Origin: Dictyostelium discoideum
Lineage: Eukaryota
DNA length: 64,000 nucleotides
NCBI GenBank assembly: GCA_000004695.1
Contig: CM000150.2
Location: 1,984,001-2,048,000 of the forward strand
Reading direction: 5' to 3'
Below, piece by piece: positions 11,798 to 24,793 of the stretch (positions within the stretch are counted from its first letter, which is position 1; the number at the start of each line of letters is the position of its first letter). Position numbers and translations under genes: made by a program. Under the pieces are notes generated by a model that was not told where the DNA came from, did not search any database, and saw only the letters and a program-made list of their open reading frames with translations.

Positions 11798-12460
11798 AAA
11801 TTGAGGAAATCAATAACATGACCAGATGGTTCTTATTCTCCTCAGTTAAGAATACATATACAGAAGAGAGAAAATACAAAACTATGATGAAAATAGACAG
11901 AGCATATGCAGATTGGAAAGAAGGAGGCATAAAATTATGGGATATAGAACTAAGACATATAGCATTCAAAATCTGGTACATGAACAGGCTACTCCATAAC
12001 AACTACAACAACAACAACAATACCTTACAAGAATGGTACATGGAGCAATTAAGTAGAAAAAAAGCCCACACTTCAACCCTCAACGATATGTGCAGACACT
12101 GGGGTGTATTCAGAGTCAAATTTTACCAAAACCATCCAAAGATAAATGAACTTCCAGACTGTATAAGAAACGACAATGACGAACCACTAAAACTGAAAGA
12201 AATTTACGAACTCATGATCAAAGACAGACACCCAACACCAAGAAGAACACTGATGAAAGCAAATCAGAGCCAAAGTTCGAACAAAAGGTCATAGAAACAG
12301 AATTACTAAATCTCATCGAAACTGAAAAATTCATCACACTAAAGAAAATCAAACACGACGAAGCAATACTAAAAAACACCAATCAAGATCTTCACAAATA
12401 CAAATTCAACAAAGCCTGGCAAACCCCAGCAGCTCCGAACCCCCTTCCAATTTAAGTAGT

Positions 12461-12546
<86 letters not shown>

Positions 12547-12660
12547 GTTTAAAAAATTTAATACAAATTGAATAATAAAAATAAAACCGTTTAACAAACA
12601 CCGCCGAAAAGACACAAGGACATTCCTTGAAGGTCTGATCACAGGTAAAAAAAAAAAAAA
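11640..12660 (+). mobile_element. Stack of 5'-truncated non-LTR retroelement fragments downstream of tRNA-Thr copy 1 (TRE3-type context). A 3'-terminal module (11665-11736) is followed by a 57-nt A tract, then a segment with a 158-aa ORF (11818..12294) and a 73-nt A tract, then a further fragment (12540-12660) with an A20 tract.
   Basis: The motif attaattacctaatctaaa(c/a)ataccat occurs at 11665, 12667 and at the 3' end of the large element (17395). Long oligo(A) tracts lie at 11737-11793 and 12465-12537. In Dictyostelium, TRE3 elements insert 3' of tRNA genes (established knowledge). Confidence 0.5.
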
Positions 12661-13246
12661 AAAAAACCTAATCTAAAATAACAAATCAAAATCAGTACTA
12701 CCAAATATTATTTCATTCGATCAATTCATCTAATCAATAATATATTATACCTTTGATTTATATATTGAATATATAAATCTCAAATAAATATCTACTCTTC
12801 ATTTCAAAAAAAAATCAATTAAAAATTCATAAATAAACCTATTATTTCTGTTTATTTCCTATAACCAAAAAACAGTGATTGATCATTATAAAAAAAAAAA
12901 AAATAAAAAAAAAATTTATATGTTCAATAATTAATAAAAAATTAATTATTTCCAAAAATAGTATATTATTTTAAATATTCTCCATTTCATATAGAAAAAA
13001 ATAATTATTAAATTAAATTAAATTATTAAATTATTGAAGATTTATAAATTTAATATAGTTATTCAATAAATATGACATATTTGAAATGTTTTTTTTTATT
13101 TGAGTTTTGTCTACAATTTCTCATGGAGCCAACAAGAAATGAAAAATGAAATAATCAAAAAAAGAGATTGTTGTTTGTTGTTTTTTTTGATTTGAAAAAA
13201 ATATATTTAGTTTTTTTTCTATTATTGATTTTTTTTTTTCAAAAAT

Positions 13247-13318
13247 GGCTCCTTAGCATAGTGGTATTGCGCTTCCCTAGTAAGGAAGAGGTCATGAGTT
13301 CGATCCTCATAGGAGCCT
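13247..13318 (+). tRNA. tRNA-Thr (anticodon AGU), copy 2, identical to copy 1.
   Basis: The 72-nt sequence is the same as at 11560-11631, including 10 bp of 5' flank (ttttcaaaaatg). A T7 terminator follows. Confidence 0.85.
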
Positions 13319-13329
13319 TTTTTTGGTTT

Positions 13330-16300
13330 TGGAGAACCATACAAAACCAAATTCAAAAATGAAACAAAAAAAACCTTAACAAAACAAAGAAATAAACGAG
13401 AATTTATACATATAATAAATAAATCACTGTTATATCTTCACCGCCACATTCATTCCTCTTAATTTTACCCTATTTTTGCTCAATAAAGCAAGGGCTATCG
13501 TCCTATATACTTTTCAACAATGGCTGATGATCACTCAACTGAATTACAGTTAAATCATACAGATAACAACACAACCAATACAAATAATACCTCCACAACC
13601 TCAACAACAAAAAACAAAAGTGCAAAAATCGACACACCTAAAAAACAAACCCCAACAAACCAATTCTCACTTAACAAAGGACTTGATAAAGTGTTACTTT
13701 AATCAACCATACATCCGTGAAGAATTAACCTCTAAAGATGACACAAGAATTCAACAAATTCACAAAAACATTCACAAACTCTTCGAAGATATACTGTCGC
13801 CATCAGCATTAAAAATAATTGGTGCAACTGCCTTCGTAAATTGCAACGTTGATAAATTAACTTCAATAATCAACCTTCAAAACCAACTTGAACTAAATAT
13901 CGACAAACTCAACTATAGATTCGAAATATCATCAAATGATTATGCAATCATTAAAACATTCATTCAAACGTACTCACCCAAACATGAAAACGATGCAATT
14001 ATAAACAACCTCACCAAATTCACCAGTTGTACATCAATTGAATCATTTACTGTCACATACTCATATGCTGTTGCGTTTAAAAGCTACATTATAACATCAT
14101 CTAATTGATCACACACAACATTGTTGATCAAAAGATCCAACAACCATCTGGTATCACAAGATATATCAAAGCTGCAACACGTAGTGTCACTTAACACAAA
14201 ATTCAACATGCAAAAAATGCAGATATGGCAACAACTATAAAAAATGCTCTCACAACCCAAATATTAACAAAAACAATCAACCACCAAAAAACAACATTAA
14301 CACCCCACCAATCAACGAAATTGCAAATTCCAATCGCAATAATAACCCACTTCAAAATAGTGGTTCAAAAGCTACACTAAATGAACCACTTGAAACCAAC
14401 AATCAATCCCAAAACAATAATGAAATTTCACACAAAAGTGATTCTTCAAATAATAATAACGGGAAAAACTCATTATCAATGAGCAATCCAACCGATCCAA
14501 CAATTGTACCACAAAAACCTCTACAATCCCAACCAAACAAACCAAGTGCACCAACTCCAAATACAATAAATACAAGAAGAAGCAGCAATGCCTTGACTAC
14601 ACAACCAGTCAATACTGGTGCAGCCAAACCTAAACACACTCAACAATTGATGGTAGAGCTATTTTAGCAGACATTATATTTCCAAATCAATTACCAATTG
14701 GTATTCTTGGAATTTACGCACCAGCATCAAATAATACCATCAAAAAGAATTCATATGCAACTTCACTACAAACACTTCTCCACAACCACTCAACAAACCC
14801 AATACCAAACCAATCCCAACATGTATCTATTATCGCAGGAGATTTCAACTGTATCCACAACGACAATTCACTATTAGATGATATTATCCAATCCTACACA
14901 TACCAACACCATCTAATTGATCAAGGTGAATTTAAAAACCTCATACACATGGCAACAGATTAGATAGAATATATACTCAATACAATAGAATAGACCCTGT
15001 ATTCAGCGATGCATTGTTCTTCAAGATGTTTGAATTTTGCTGCTTTTTCTAATAGTATTTGTTTTGCAAGTTGAGTTTGTTTGTCTTTGTTATATTGATA
15101 GTTTTTTAGAGTTTTAATAATTTTTGATTTTACTTTTGACCAATTTGTAAATTGATTGATTGATGTGTTATTGTGATTATTTATTAAATGATTGATAATA
15201 TTGATCGCTTCATGGTCATTTGCAGTACCAGGTGATAATATCCATCTTTTCTTATGTTTATTTATTTGAAAAGGTGAAGAAATTGTTGTTGATATTGGAT
15301 TATGATCTGATAATGAAGATGGAATTTGATGGACTTGTGTATATATGTAACAAAAACAAATTACATCAAAACCACACAAACATATTAAAAAAACATATAA
15401 ATGGAGAAATACCTAGCAAGTATCTATCAGCAATACTAAACAAAAGATCAAAAGATGCAAAAATTGAATCAGTCCAATATGATAACATCATTACATCCGA
15501 TCCCGACCAAATTGAAAATGCGTTTGTTGAATTCTACACAAATCTATATAGCTTACAAATATGTTGTCCAATTACTCACCAGCTCATGCTAAACACATGG
15601 CCCATCATAAAAAAGAATATTGGATGGTTTAGACTCACCATTTATACAAGATGAAGTTGAAGCTGCAATTAAAGACCAAGTTAAACCCATTCTCACTACA
15701 TTATTCAACGATATACTAGAAAATCCTCACCACATCACAACAGAATTCACCGAAGGTCTTATACACACAATATACTAGAAAGGCAACCCCTTACTCATAT
15801 CAAATCGTCGTCCCATTACACTTCTAAACACTGATTACAAAATCCTCTCAAAAGTAATCAATGCACGTCTTCTGAGAATACTTCCTTTCATCATCAACAA
15901 CAACCAAACTGGTTTCGTACCCCACTGACTCATCATAGACAACATCATCAACATCAATGAATTAATCAACTACCTCTAATCTAAAAACCTCCCTGGTATC
16001 ATCACACTATTTGACTTCTTTAAAGCATTTGATTCTATCTCTCACGATAGTATTAAAAGAACATTAATTCATATTGGTATACCAATAAAATTAATAAATT
16101 TAATCCACAAGCTATTATCTGACTCATTAGCAAAAATTTCAATTAATGGTAAAACGACCAGAAAATTCGATATTATAAGAGGTGTAAAACAAGGTGACCC
16201 AATCTCAGCCACTTTATTTGTAATTGTAATTGAAATATTAGCAAGAACAATAAATGCAGACAATACAATAATTGGATTACCAATTTCACCCAATCCACAA

Positions 16301-17611
16301 ATTAAAATCAAATTTACCCAATTTGCAGACGACTCTACAACATACAACATCAACTACGAACAACAACAATCAATCAAACATTTCGATAATTTCTTCAACA
16401 TCATCATTAAATTTTGACAAAAGTGCAATAATAGAAATCGACCCCCACAAAATCACTGATAAACACATAATAAACAACATTCCATAATCAAAAAGAATAC
16501 CAATAACCAAAAAAGATCAATCAGAAAGAGTCCTTGGCTATTTCTTTAATCATAATGGTTTACATAGGAAATTACCAGAAACAATGAAAACACTGATCAA
16601 ATCATTAGTACTATGGTAAAACTAGTGGCACAACATTAAAAACAAAAACAACCATCATAAACACCTACTCACTATCACCAATAACATATTTATCATACCT
16701 TGAAGAATTTACAAAAGATGAAGAAATTCAAATTAATAAATTAATCTCATGGTTTATGAATTCTCCCGCAAATTCTGAATCACCAACTCTCAATACCAAT
16801 TCCATTGAAAACAACACATCAACCACGACAAATTAAAATATTTTATATATAAAAATTGCAATGGAAACAAAAACTGGTCACTAACAAAAAACCAAACAAC
16901 AAAATTAAACACACTCATTTATAAACCACAAACAAACAACAAAGCATTTAAACCAGATCCAACAATCAATATTAATTTTAATTTGCAGAAAACGCACAAT
17001 ATAAAATATACAGGTTCAACTGGAATTATATAAAAACAAATCTTGATCTAGTCAGAACACATGCATATTGGAACATAATCTCATTAGTTATTCACCAAAT
17101 ATGGATATGGTTATGCAAATCATTATTTGACATCAATATAACTCAATCAATTGACAATTGGAACAACCAAATAAACAACACAACACTAGATTATGATATA
17201 TTAAAATCAAAATGGCACAAGCTAATAAGATTGGAATATTCAAGAACATTATCAAACTTTAACCAATACTCAATTAAAAACAACCTCACAAAAACTCAAA
17301 AAGAAACCCAATGGTCCGAAACCATCAAAAAATTTAAAAAAGAATAGAGCATAAACACAAATGAACCAATTCCAACAATTACACCACCAATTAATTATTA
17401 ATTACCTAATCTAAAATAACATACCATATTAAATTCACAAAAACTAAAAAACCTAAAATAAATAAATAAAAATAACATACTAATTGTATACTACAATAGT
17501 TTATTTATATCAAAAAAAAAAAAAAAAAAAAAAAATTCAAAAAAGTAAAAAAAAACCGAAACAAAGAAATAGTTTATTTTATATCAAAAAAAAAAAAAAA
17601 AAAAAACAATC
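13330..17611 (+). mobile_element. TRE3-like non-LTR (LINE-type) retrotransposon, near full length but with frameshifts and stops. ORF1 is about 13520..14105. ORF2 with APE endonuclease and reverse transcriptase is about 14480..17345. It ends in oligo(A) tracts (17511-17535, 17590-17611).
   Basis: An endonuclease motif HVSIIAGDFNCIHN is present. RT motifs are present: NRRPITLLNTDYKILSKVINARL, ALFDFFKAFDSISHDSI, GVKQGDPISATLFVIVIE and the FADD variant of YXDD. The element starts within about 100 bp 3' of tRNA-Thr copy 2, in the same orientation. Its 3' end carries the attaattacctaatctaaa module followed by oligo(A). Confidence 0.7.
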
Positions 17612-17719
17612 AAAACCCAAGGGTTCGACTCCCAATAATTAATTTATTTTTTAAAATATTATAATTTTTAAAATATTTTAAAAATAAATTAATTATTGGG
17701 AGTCGAACCCTTGGGTTTT
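17612..17719. repeat. Perfect 40-bp inverted repeat (aaaacccaagggttcgactcccaataattaatttattttt) with a 28-bp AT spacer. Immediately after the retroelement oligo(A) tail.
   Basis: Read directly from the sequence: arms 17612-17651 and 17680-17719 are exact reverse complements. A second 15-bp-stem hairpin (tttttcccttcaaaa/ttttgaagggaaaaa) follows at 17722-17766. Confidence 0.8.
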
Positions 17720-17847
17720 AAGTTTTTCCCTTCAAAATTCACAAAACTTTATTTTTTGAAGGGAAAAACTCAATTTTTAGTTGCCCCTTCTTGAGATGAA
17801 TCTGATTTAATTAAATAGGTTACAGGTGCCTTTTAAGGTGGTATGGT

Positions 17848-17949
17848 TTTTTTTGAATTGGATAACGCAATTATTAGTTGCTTCTCCTTGAGATGCTAGA
17901 TCTCATTTTATTGTAATATTTTTTACCAGTTCTCCAAAAGAGGGGTTAG

Positions 17950-18001
<52 letters not shown>

Positions 18002-18300
18002 TTTGGAATTTTGAATTGTATTATTACTTTTGATTAAAACATCTTTTTTGTCCAAACTTTTTTCTAAATCTTTTTTTAATTTATCGTCGGCTTCGTGATT
18101 GATGTTGATGACACATTTGAATTGTTTTTTTTTATTTGTGTTTTACCAGGGTCATTTTCGAAGATAATTTCATCAGAAATACCGATTGATGGACTACTTT
18201 CGTCCATTTTATAGTCGTCTATTTTCTTTTGGGTATTACAGTTTTGTTCTATTTCAACCAAATGTTTTTTATTTGTTCCAGAAGCTTGAGACAATGAATT
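17848..18300 (-). mobile_element. 3'-terminal fragment of a minus-strand TRE5-like retroelement: repeat R followed by an oligo(A) tail (seen as T8 on the plus strand).
   Basis: About 270 bp (17856-18125) are ~90% identical to 37490-37680. Both copies are preceded on the plus strand by a T run, i.e. a minus-strand A tail. Both contain the end of an ORF (...INHE(A/P)DDK(L/I)KKDLEKSLDKKDVLIK). Confidence 0.45.
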
Positions 18301-18379
18301 GGCTATCTCACAATGAAGACCAAGTGCGGATAGAATAGTTGAAAAGATATTTTAATGATTCTTATATTTTTTATTAAAA

Positions 18380-18830
18380 TTATTTATTTGTTTTATTTAA
18401 AATAGTTGGTGGTTCAATTTGTTTTTTTCTTGTCCAATTTCATCATTTTCTTTTATCACATCACATAATCTAACAATTTTTCCATTTATATACTGAAGAT
18501 TTGTTAATAATTCGGTTCTTCCATTAAAAAATTTTTTTTGATAAAGTTGGTATATTCACTGAGGCTCATACCCTCCATTCCTTGACCAGAAACCATTTTG
18601 CAATCTTTAAAGTAACCTCTTGAGAATTTATAATGATTAAAAAGGATAATGTCAATTATTTTTACCATTTTTTCTTTACAATCGGCTGTGCACACATTAG
18701 GTTAAAACATTGGAAATTCATTTGGATCGGTTAATAACCATAGGTATTTATTCTTATCTTCCTCAGCTTCTTCAACGGAAAGATGTGGGCACTTATTATT
18801 AGCTCTATCTTTCATTATTTAAGTTGTGAC
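18380..18830 (-). pseudogene. Family A pseudogene (A4), frameshifted.
   Basis: Minus-strand segments YLWLLTDPNEFPMF and MCTADCKEKMVKIIDIILFNHYKF... (in another frame) and ...INGKIVRLCDVIKEND are collinear with the intact family A protein at 25231-25689 (LLDQDEFPKI...CTEECKEKMKEIY...DGKPVRLCELPPGV). Confidence 0.45.
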
Positions 18831-19299
18831 TATAAATATGTTTGTGTGATAATGTTTTATTTAATGCTAGTAAAAAATGTTAAAAAAAAATAATAATGAT
18901 AATTTAATTATTATTTAAAATTAAAAAAAAAAAAAAATAGAAAAAAACTTTTTTTTATGATGTTTTTTTTTGAAAATCAAAAATAAAAAAAACCAACACA
19001 AAAAACAACACCAACAGTTTTTTTCTATTTTTTTTTTACAAAAATAGAGACACAGGGAGTTTTTTTTCTTTTCTGCCATTACTTATTTTTTTAGTTTTTT
19101 TTTTAGAAATGCTAGGGTTACCTTCAAACAATAAAAATATTTATTTAATGTATATTTTTATTTATTTTTTTATTTATTTTTATTTTTTTTTTTGAATATA
19201 TAAATACATTTCTTTTTTTTTCATCAAAATAACAAAAAAAAAAAAAATGAAAAAACTATATAGATTATTATTATTCTAATAATTTTTTTATTATAAACA

Positions 19300-20454
19300 A
19301 AGGGGAGGCATAAATGAGAAGATTGACATCTGCTTTCTATGATCCTCCAGCTTACCCCCATCCTCATACTGGATATCCCATGGGTTTGTTTGCCGGCAAG
19401 AGATAAAGATCAAATTTGTCAAGCACCCGGTATTTATATTTATTTCTCAAATACTCCACGACCTTATCCACCACGATTGGTTTCTCACCCAGTTACACAA
19501 CCTGTTTATTCGATTGGAAAATCAATTAATGATATTAGAAGTAGGGTTAAGGTCCATAGTGAAGATGATTTCCCCCATTTGATTAACACCCTAATGGTTT
19601 GCTAATGAGGTTCCCATGTAATAATGAACGTTCTGATAGTAGACCAAGTTTTTCTGAAGTAGCGTTATTAACAATGTTTGCAACCATTAAAAACTACATT
19701 TTAGGTGTCAAAGATAGTGATATTATAGTTTTTGATGACAATGGAGAACCATTTGATATTTTAAGAACGTTTTATGGAGTTAATAATAATAATCCATTTC
19801 GTACTTCTATTCCTCTCATCCAAGCTAATGGAACTGCTAAATTTGGATTCGATCATATGGTTGATTCCACACTTTAACCATTAGCTCCTCCTTCCATAGA
19901 TGTTATCAATGACACTAAATCAATTTTCCCAATAGGTATTCTATATGAATGTGGAAAACTACTTGATGGAGATTATAGTAATTTTGGTCAAGAAGAATCT
20001 GCCAATGGGGTATGTAACCCATGCAATAGAAAAAAAGAAAGTGAAGAGAAAAAATCAAATCCAATCAAATTCAAAAATCCACCATTATCTTACCGTTTAG
20101 AAATTAGCAATAAGTTTAGTAATTTGGAATATCAAAATGCCAAAGAAAATGGTCTTCTAGGAAAAAGTCTAGTTGAAACAGAAAAGCCATCAAAGCCATC
20201 AAAAGTTGGTCTTTTCACTAGGTTTGGCCGTTGGTAAAGGTCTTTTTGTTCCAGAGAAAAAAAGTAATTCGCTTCCTGGCAAATTCAAAGATAGTAATAT
20301 TGAAATGGTAGAGGTAAATCCTGGAGAGGAACAAATAAGTGAAGCGGCGGGCGTTGAGCATAGTCAAATTAGATATAGAGGCACAAATTACTTTTTTGAA
20401 CTTGGAGAAGCTGCTGAAGAGGCTGCTATGATTATCATATCATATCTTTTTTAA
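19300..20454 (+). pseudogene. Family B locus (B1): several adjacent ORFs in different frames (19339-19605, 19599-19877, 20173-20454).
   Basis: The segment GYP(M/W)...GIYIYFSNTP is shared with the fragment at 31222-31446 (GYPWVC...KHPGIYLIFVNSP). The frame changes around 19380. GC content is locally above the window average. Confidence 0.3.
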
Positions 20455-21130
20455 TTTCTTGCACCTCTTTTACGTGCAAAGTTACCAGGTTTGGGTATAT
20501 ATCATTGAGTTTCTTGTGCAGTTGCATAAGTTCTAATTGGCTCTTGTCTTTCTCTGTTTCTTTGCAATCGTCTTCTTTCACTTTCTTCTTGCATCAACCT
20601 TCTTCTTTCTTCTTGTCCGGCCAATCTTTGTTGTGTTTTTTTAATTTTTTTTAATTTTACCTTTTCAAGATCTGCTTCAATTTCTTTTTTTTGACGGGCA
20701 CCCATCGTTTTTTTTTAAAAAATAAACCTAATGATTTATACTTGGTTATATTTAATAGTTGAGAATTTTTATTTTATGACATTGGTTTTGAATTATTTTT
20801 AAAAAAATCATTTTAAATTTTCTTTGATTCATTACATTTTTATTTCTATCTAATGATTTTATATTAATGATCAATAGAAAATCCAATAGCCACATAGGAA
20901 TTCTATAGAAAATCACTGGGAAATTTTGGTTTGATTACCTTTATAATGGTTATTTTCTAAAGATTTTCTATAGAAAACCATTGGGTAAACAGTTGTTTCT
21001 ATAGGAAATCTTTAGAAAACAATCATTGGAAATCGTTGAATTTTTCCTTTTCTCAATTTTTTAATAGTTTTCTAATGGGTCACATCTATACCGTTATCTA
21101 TTGAAAACCATTCCAACAAAAAAATCTAAT
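20447..21130. repeat. Left arm of a large inverted duplication. The right arm is 24430-25053; arms are ~90% identical and each is about 650 bp.
   Basis: The reverse complement of 24430-25053 matches 20447-21130. This includes the small basic-protein gene and 4-5 internal copies of the motif tctatagaaaa(c/t)ca(t/c)tgg. Confidence 0.75.
20502..20705 (-). CDS. Small basic Arg/Glu-rich protein, arm copy 1 (67 aa), truncated by a premature stop relative to copy 2.
   Basis: MGARQKKEIEADLEKVKLKKIKKTQQRLAGQEERRRLMQEESERRRLQRNRERQEPIRTYATAQETQ then TGA. The paralog at 24794 continues ...AQRYIPKPGNFARKRGARN. The homologous codon here is TGA where the other copy has AGA. Confidence 0.5.
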   Translation of the reverse strand: MGARQKKEIEADLEKVKLKKIKKTQQRLAGQEERRRLMQEESERRRLQRNRERQEPIRTYATAQETQ

Positions 21131-22918
21131 GGATTTCGATAAAGCAATATTAAATTATAAAAAATAAAAAAAAAAAAACAATTCAAATAGATGGTTTCAT
21201 TAAAAGAATATTTTAAAAAAGATTAAGGTTTTTATTTTAAAGAATTTTTATATTGATTTCGTAAAGGAAATCATTAAATGTTTTTAAAAAATGGTTTTGA
21301 ATTAAATGATAGCTAAATATTTCTTTACCAAGCTTCTTCAGCTCAATCTTTAATGAGTTCATAACCTTCTTCTGCAGTGATTCTAATTCCATCACCTACT
21401 TCACGTGTAGTATTGCCGATACCATCACCTACATCATGTGCAGTATCACCCCATGCTCATATCTAGATGCATTATCGGAACTTGGAAAAAAAAAGGATTA
21501 TGAACATGGTTTTGATTTCTCTGTTGAATTAAATGAAGATGGTAGCCTTCCAGATTTTCCAAATACTTTAGATCATTAAAACTGATAAAAAAAAAAAAAA
21601 AAATTAAAAAAAAAAAATAAAGATCATTACATAAACAAAACCAATTAAGGTTTTATTTTTTTTATTTTTATTGTTATCATTTTTTTTTTTAATTTATTGG
21701 AATCAATTTGGTATTCGATTTCAGCAGCAGCAATATATTCTTTTTTGGTATTCATTATTTCATTTTAAAAAAAAAAAATTAATAAAACATTATTAATATT
21801 TTTTTTTTAAAAATAGTTTTTTTTTTTTTTTTGAAATAGAATTAAAAAAAAAATTTAAGGAACTGGGATATTATTAACCATTATTCTTTTAGTACATATT
21901 TTTTTAATGGTGATTTTTTTTCCTCTCAAAAAGGTGCTAGTTAAAAAAAAAAAAAAAATAAAAAAAAAAAAAAGAAAAGCATTGATTAAAAATTTCATTG
22001 CCATAAAAATTAAATTGTCTTAGTTGGCACCTGAGATATTTTTTTTTTTTAAAAAAAAAAATTTTTTGATTGATTGGAAGATATTTTTTTTTTTTCCTTT
22101 TTTTTTTTTGGTAATTATTAGACAACCACAAACTCAAAGAGAGATTTACACAATAATTTATGATATTGCTTGTCCACATATACCAGGTACGGAGAATCCA
22201 AAATCATCTTTTAAATTTATGGACAGGTCCCATCTTCTTTAGGTTTTAATGATGCATAAAGCATTGCAGTACTCTTGTATTTGTCAAAAGATTCTACCAA
22301 ATCGGAGATATATTCGGCCGTGCTGCCATCAGGAATCTCTAAATCAAAAAGTGGTTCATATGTTCTCCAATCATTTAAATCATCTGAGAAATTCATATTC
22401 CGTTGCTTTTTTATGTGAGTTTTACTTGTTTTTTTTTTTCAAATTTTCATTTTATTTTTTTTTTTTATTTTTTTTTTTTCCAAATAAAAAAAATGTTTTT
22501 CGAATTTTTATTTTATTTTATTTTTATTTTTTTTATTTTTTTATTCTTTTATTTTTGTAATGTTGATGAATGATTGAATTAAAAATATAATTTACAAAAT
22601 TTTAATAAACTTATTTTTTTCAAGTTTTATTTTTATTCTTATTTTTATTTTTTATTTTTTAATTTTTTTTTATTTTATTTTTTTTATTTTTATTTTTATT
22701 TTTTTTTTTATTTTTTTATTTATTTTTTTTATTTTATTTTTTTATTTTTTGTAATATTAATGAATAATTGAATTAAAAATAATATACAAAATATAAACTT
22801 ATTTTTTCAAGTTTTTATTTTTATTTTTTTCTTTTTTTCTTTTATTTTTTTTATTTTTTTTTTTTTATTTTTATTATCTTTTTTTATTATTTTATTTTTT
22901 ATTTTTTTTTCCATTTTT

Positions 22919-23847
22919 ATGTATTTTCCTATTTTCTATTTTAAATTTGATATTATGAAATTTTTCCACATTTCTAAATTAATATTATTTTTTTTGTTTA
23001 TTTTTATAAATTTTTGTAAATGTCAACGTTTTGTTGGTACTCTTCCTCCTCAAAGAATAAGTGAAATTGTTAATTTTCAATGGAATAATGATATTATGTT
23101 TATAAACAGAGGTAGAAACAGATGGCCGGATATAGAACCCTTTGATGGAAACGGAGTTTATTTCGTATTTAGGCGAATGTTCAAATCATAATGTTTCTTA
23201 GAAATTTTGAACCTCCTAAGGCTGTTCATATGGAAACTTGGTTTCTTTCTGTTTTTGGATGTCCTTATAATAGCATAATTGAAGGAGGTTTAGGTGTAGC
23301 AGCATCAGGATATGGTGCAGGTGGATGGGTTAACTTCTTTAACACTGCTGATAGACAAGATGTTGTTGACTATATTCTCACCGAGACCCTTACAAGACCT
23401 GCTGACTTTTTAGATCACCCAAATTATCCTCGTGCTCCATCAATCATCAGAAAAATAGATGAATGCGAGCAAAACCTCACAAACTTACAAAACCAAATGG
23501 TGAGCCAGCAAACTAATATTGCGGATCTTCAAACACAAAATACAAACCTACAAACTCAAGTGACTAATCTCCAGAATCAAGTAACAGATCTTCAAAATCA
23601 ACTCCAAACTCATCAAAGTGGAAATAACTTTATGGCTGAGACACTCATTTTGGCACTTCTCAAATACAATGGACCGAGTCTAATTGTTTCAAATCCACTT
23701 CTTCGTGGTTGGTATGAAGCAAGAAAAAATGGTGGTGGTGGTGGTGGCAAGTGTGGTATCGGTGGTGTTGGTGATGGTAAGAATGGTGACGGCAAAAACG
23801 GTGACGGTAAAAACGGTGCGGATGGTGCAGATGGTGCAGATGGTTAG
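22919..23847 (+). CDS. Secreted coiled-coil / Gly-rich protein in the centre of the inverted duplication: two ORFs overlapping by 1 nt (22919..23191 and 23191..23847), a frameshift or pseudogene.
   Basis: A signal peptide MKFFHISKLILFFLFIFINFCKC is present. Heptad-like repeats (TNLQNQ/TDLQNQ) are present. The C-terminus reads GGGGGGKCGIGGVGDGKNGDGKNGDGKNGADGADGADG. The reading frame breaks at 23191. Confidence 0.3.
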
Positions 23848-23913
23848 TTAAAATCTGGCTGTACTTGTCCAGAAACCCCTCCCTGTCCAGTAGTAATTCC
23901 ATGCCCAGAGCCA

Positions 23914-24261
23914 GTGGTTTGTAATATAGCAAAAATTCAAATTCAATTGAATTCAACCATAAAAAGTTTGGATGAATGCAAAAAACAAAAGGACCAAACC
24001 AATGATGACCTCAACGTCTGCAAGTCCCATAAAGATGAGATACAAGATTGGCTCACCGACTGTCAAAAAGAATATGTTAAACAAACAAGTCATTCATCCA
24101 AAGATGATACTCTAATTTCTCTCAGAAACTGCCAAGCCGAATACAGAAAAGAAACATTCAAAAAAGATAAGCTCTGCCGTGGTTTGTCCAAACATATCAT
24201 TGGTTATTTAGATTTCTGTGAAGATAAGGTAGAAAAGCTGAGACTCGCTAATTGTGAATAG
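23914..24261 (+). CDS. Small Cys-containing ORF (115 aa), possibly continuous with the upstream gene.
   Basis: ORF from the track. It has regularly spaced Cys residues, and the frame is open upstream from a GTG (LKSGCTCPETPPCPVVIPCPEPV). Confidence 0.25.
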   Translation: MVCNIAKIQIQLNSTIKSLDECKKQKDQTNDDLNVCKSHKDEIQDWLTDCQKEYVKQTSHSSKDDTLISLRNCQAEYRKETFKKDKLCRGLSKHIIGYLDFCEDKVEKLRLANCE

Positions 24262-24793
24262 TTTTCTCATTTTTTTAAAAAAAAAAAAACAAAAAAAAAA
24301 AAAATCATACAATGATTTCCCTTTATGAAATCAATAAAAAATTCTTTAAATAAAATTTTTAATCTTATTTTAAAAAAATTCTTTTAATGAAATCCATTAT
24401 TTTCATTTTTTATAATTTTATTGAACTTTATTGAAAATAATTAGATATTGTTATTTCCAATGGTTTTAGATTGATAACGGTATAGATGTGACCATTACAT
24501 AGAAAACTATTAAAAATTGAGCCAAAGAAAAATCAACGATTTTTAATGGTTGTTCAAAGATTTCCTATAGAAACCATTATTTACCCTATGATTCTCTATA
24601 GAATTCCTAGCTAATGGATTTTCCAATGACCATTAATATAAAATCATTAGAAAGAAACAAAAATGTAACGAATCAAAGAAAATTTAAAATGATTTTTTTA
24701 AAAATAATTCAAAACCAATGTCATAAAATAAAAATTCTCAATTATTAAATATAAACATGTATAAATCATTAGGTTTATTTTTAAAAAAAAACG

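Noticed and set aside
14372-14639. Minus-strand ORFs inside the TRE3-like element
   Set aside because: They are antisense to the element's own ORF1/ORF2 region. There are no motifs.
17612-17719. Interpreting the palindrome arm as a tRNA gene because of GGTTCGACTCCC
   Set aside because: It has only a T-arm-like dodecamer. There is no anticodon or acceptor structure.
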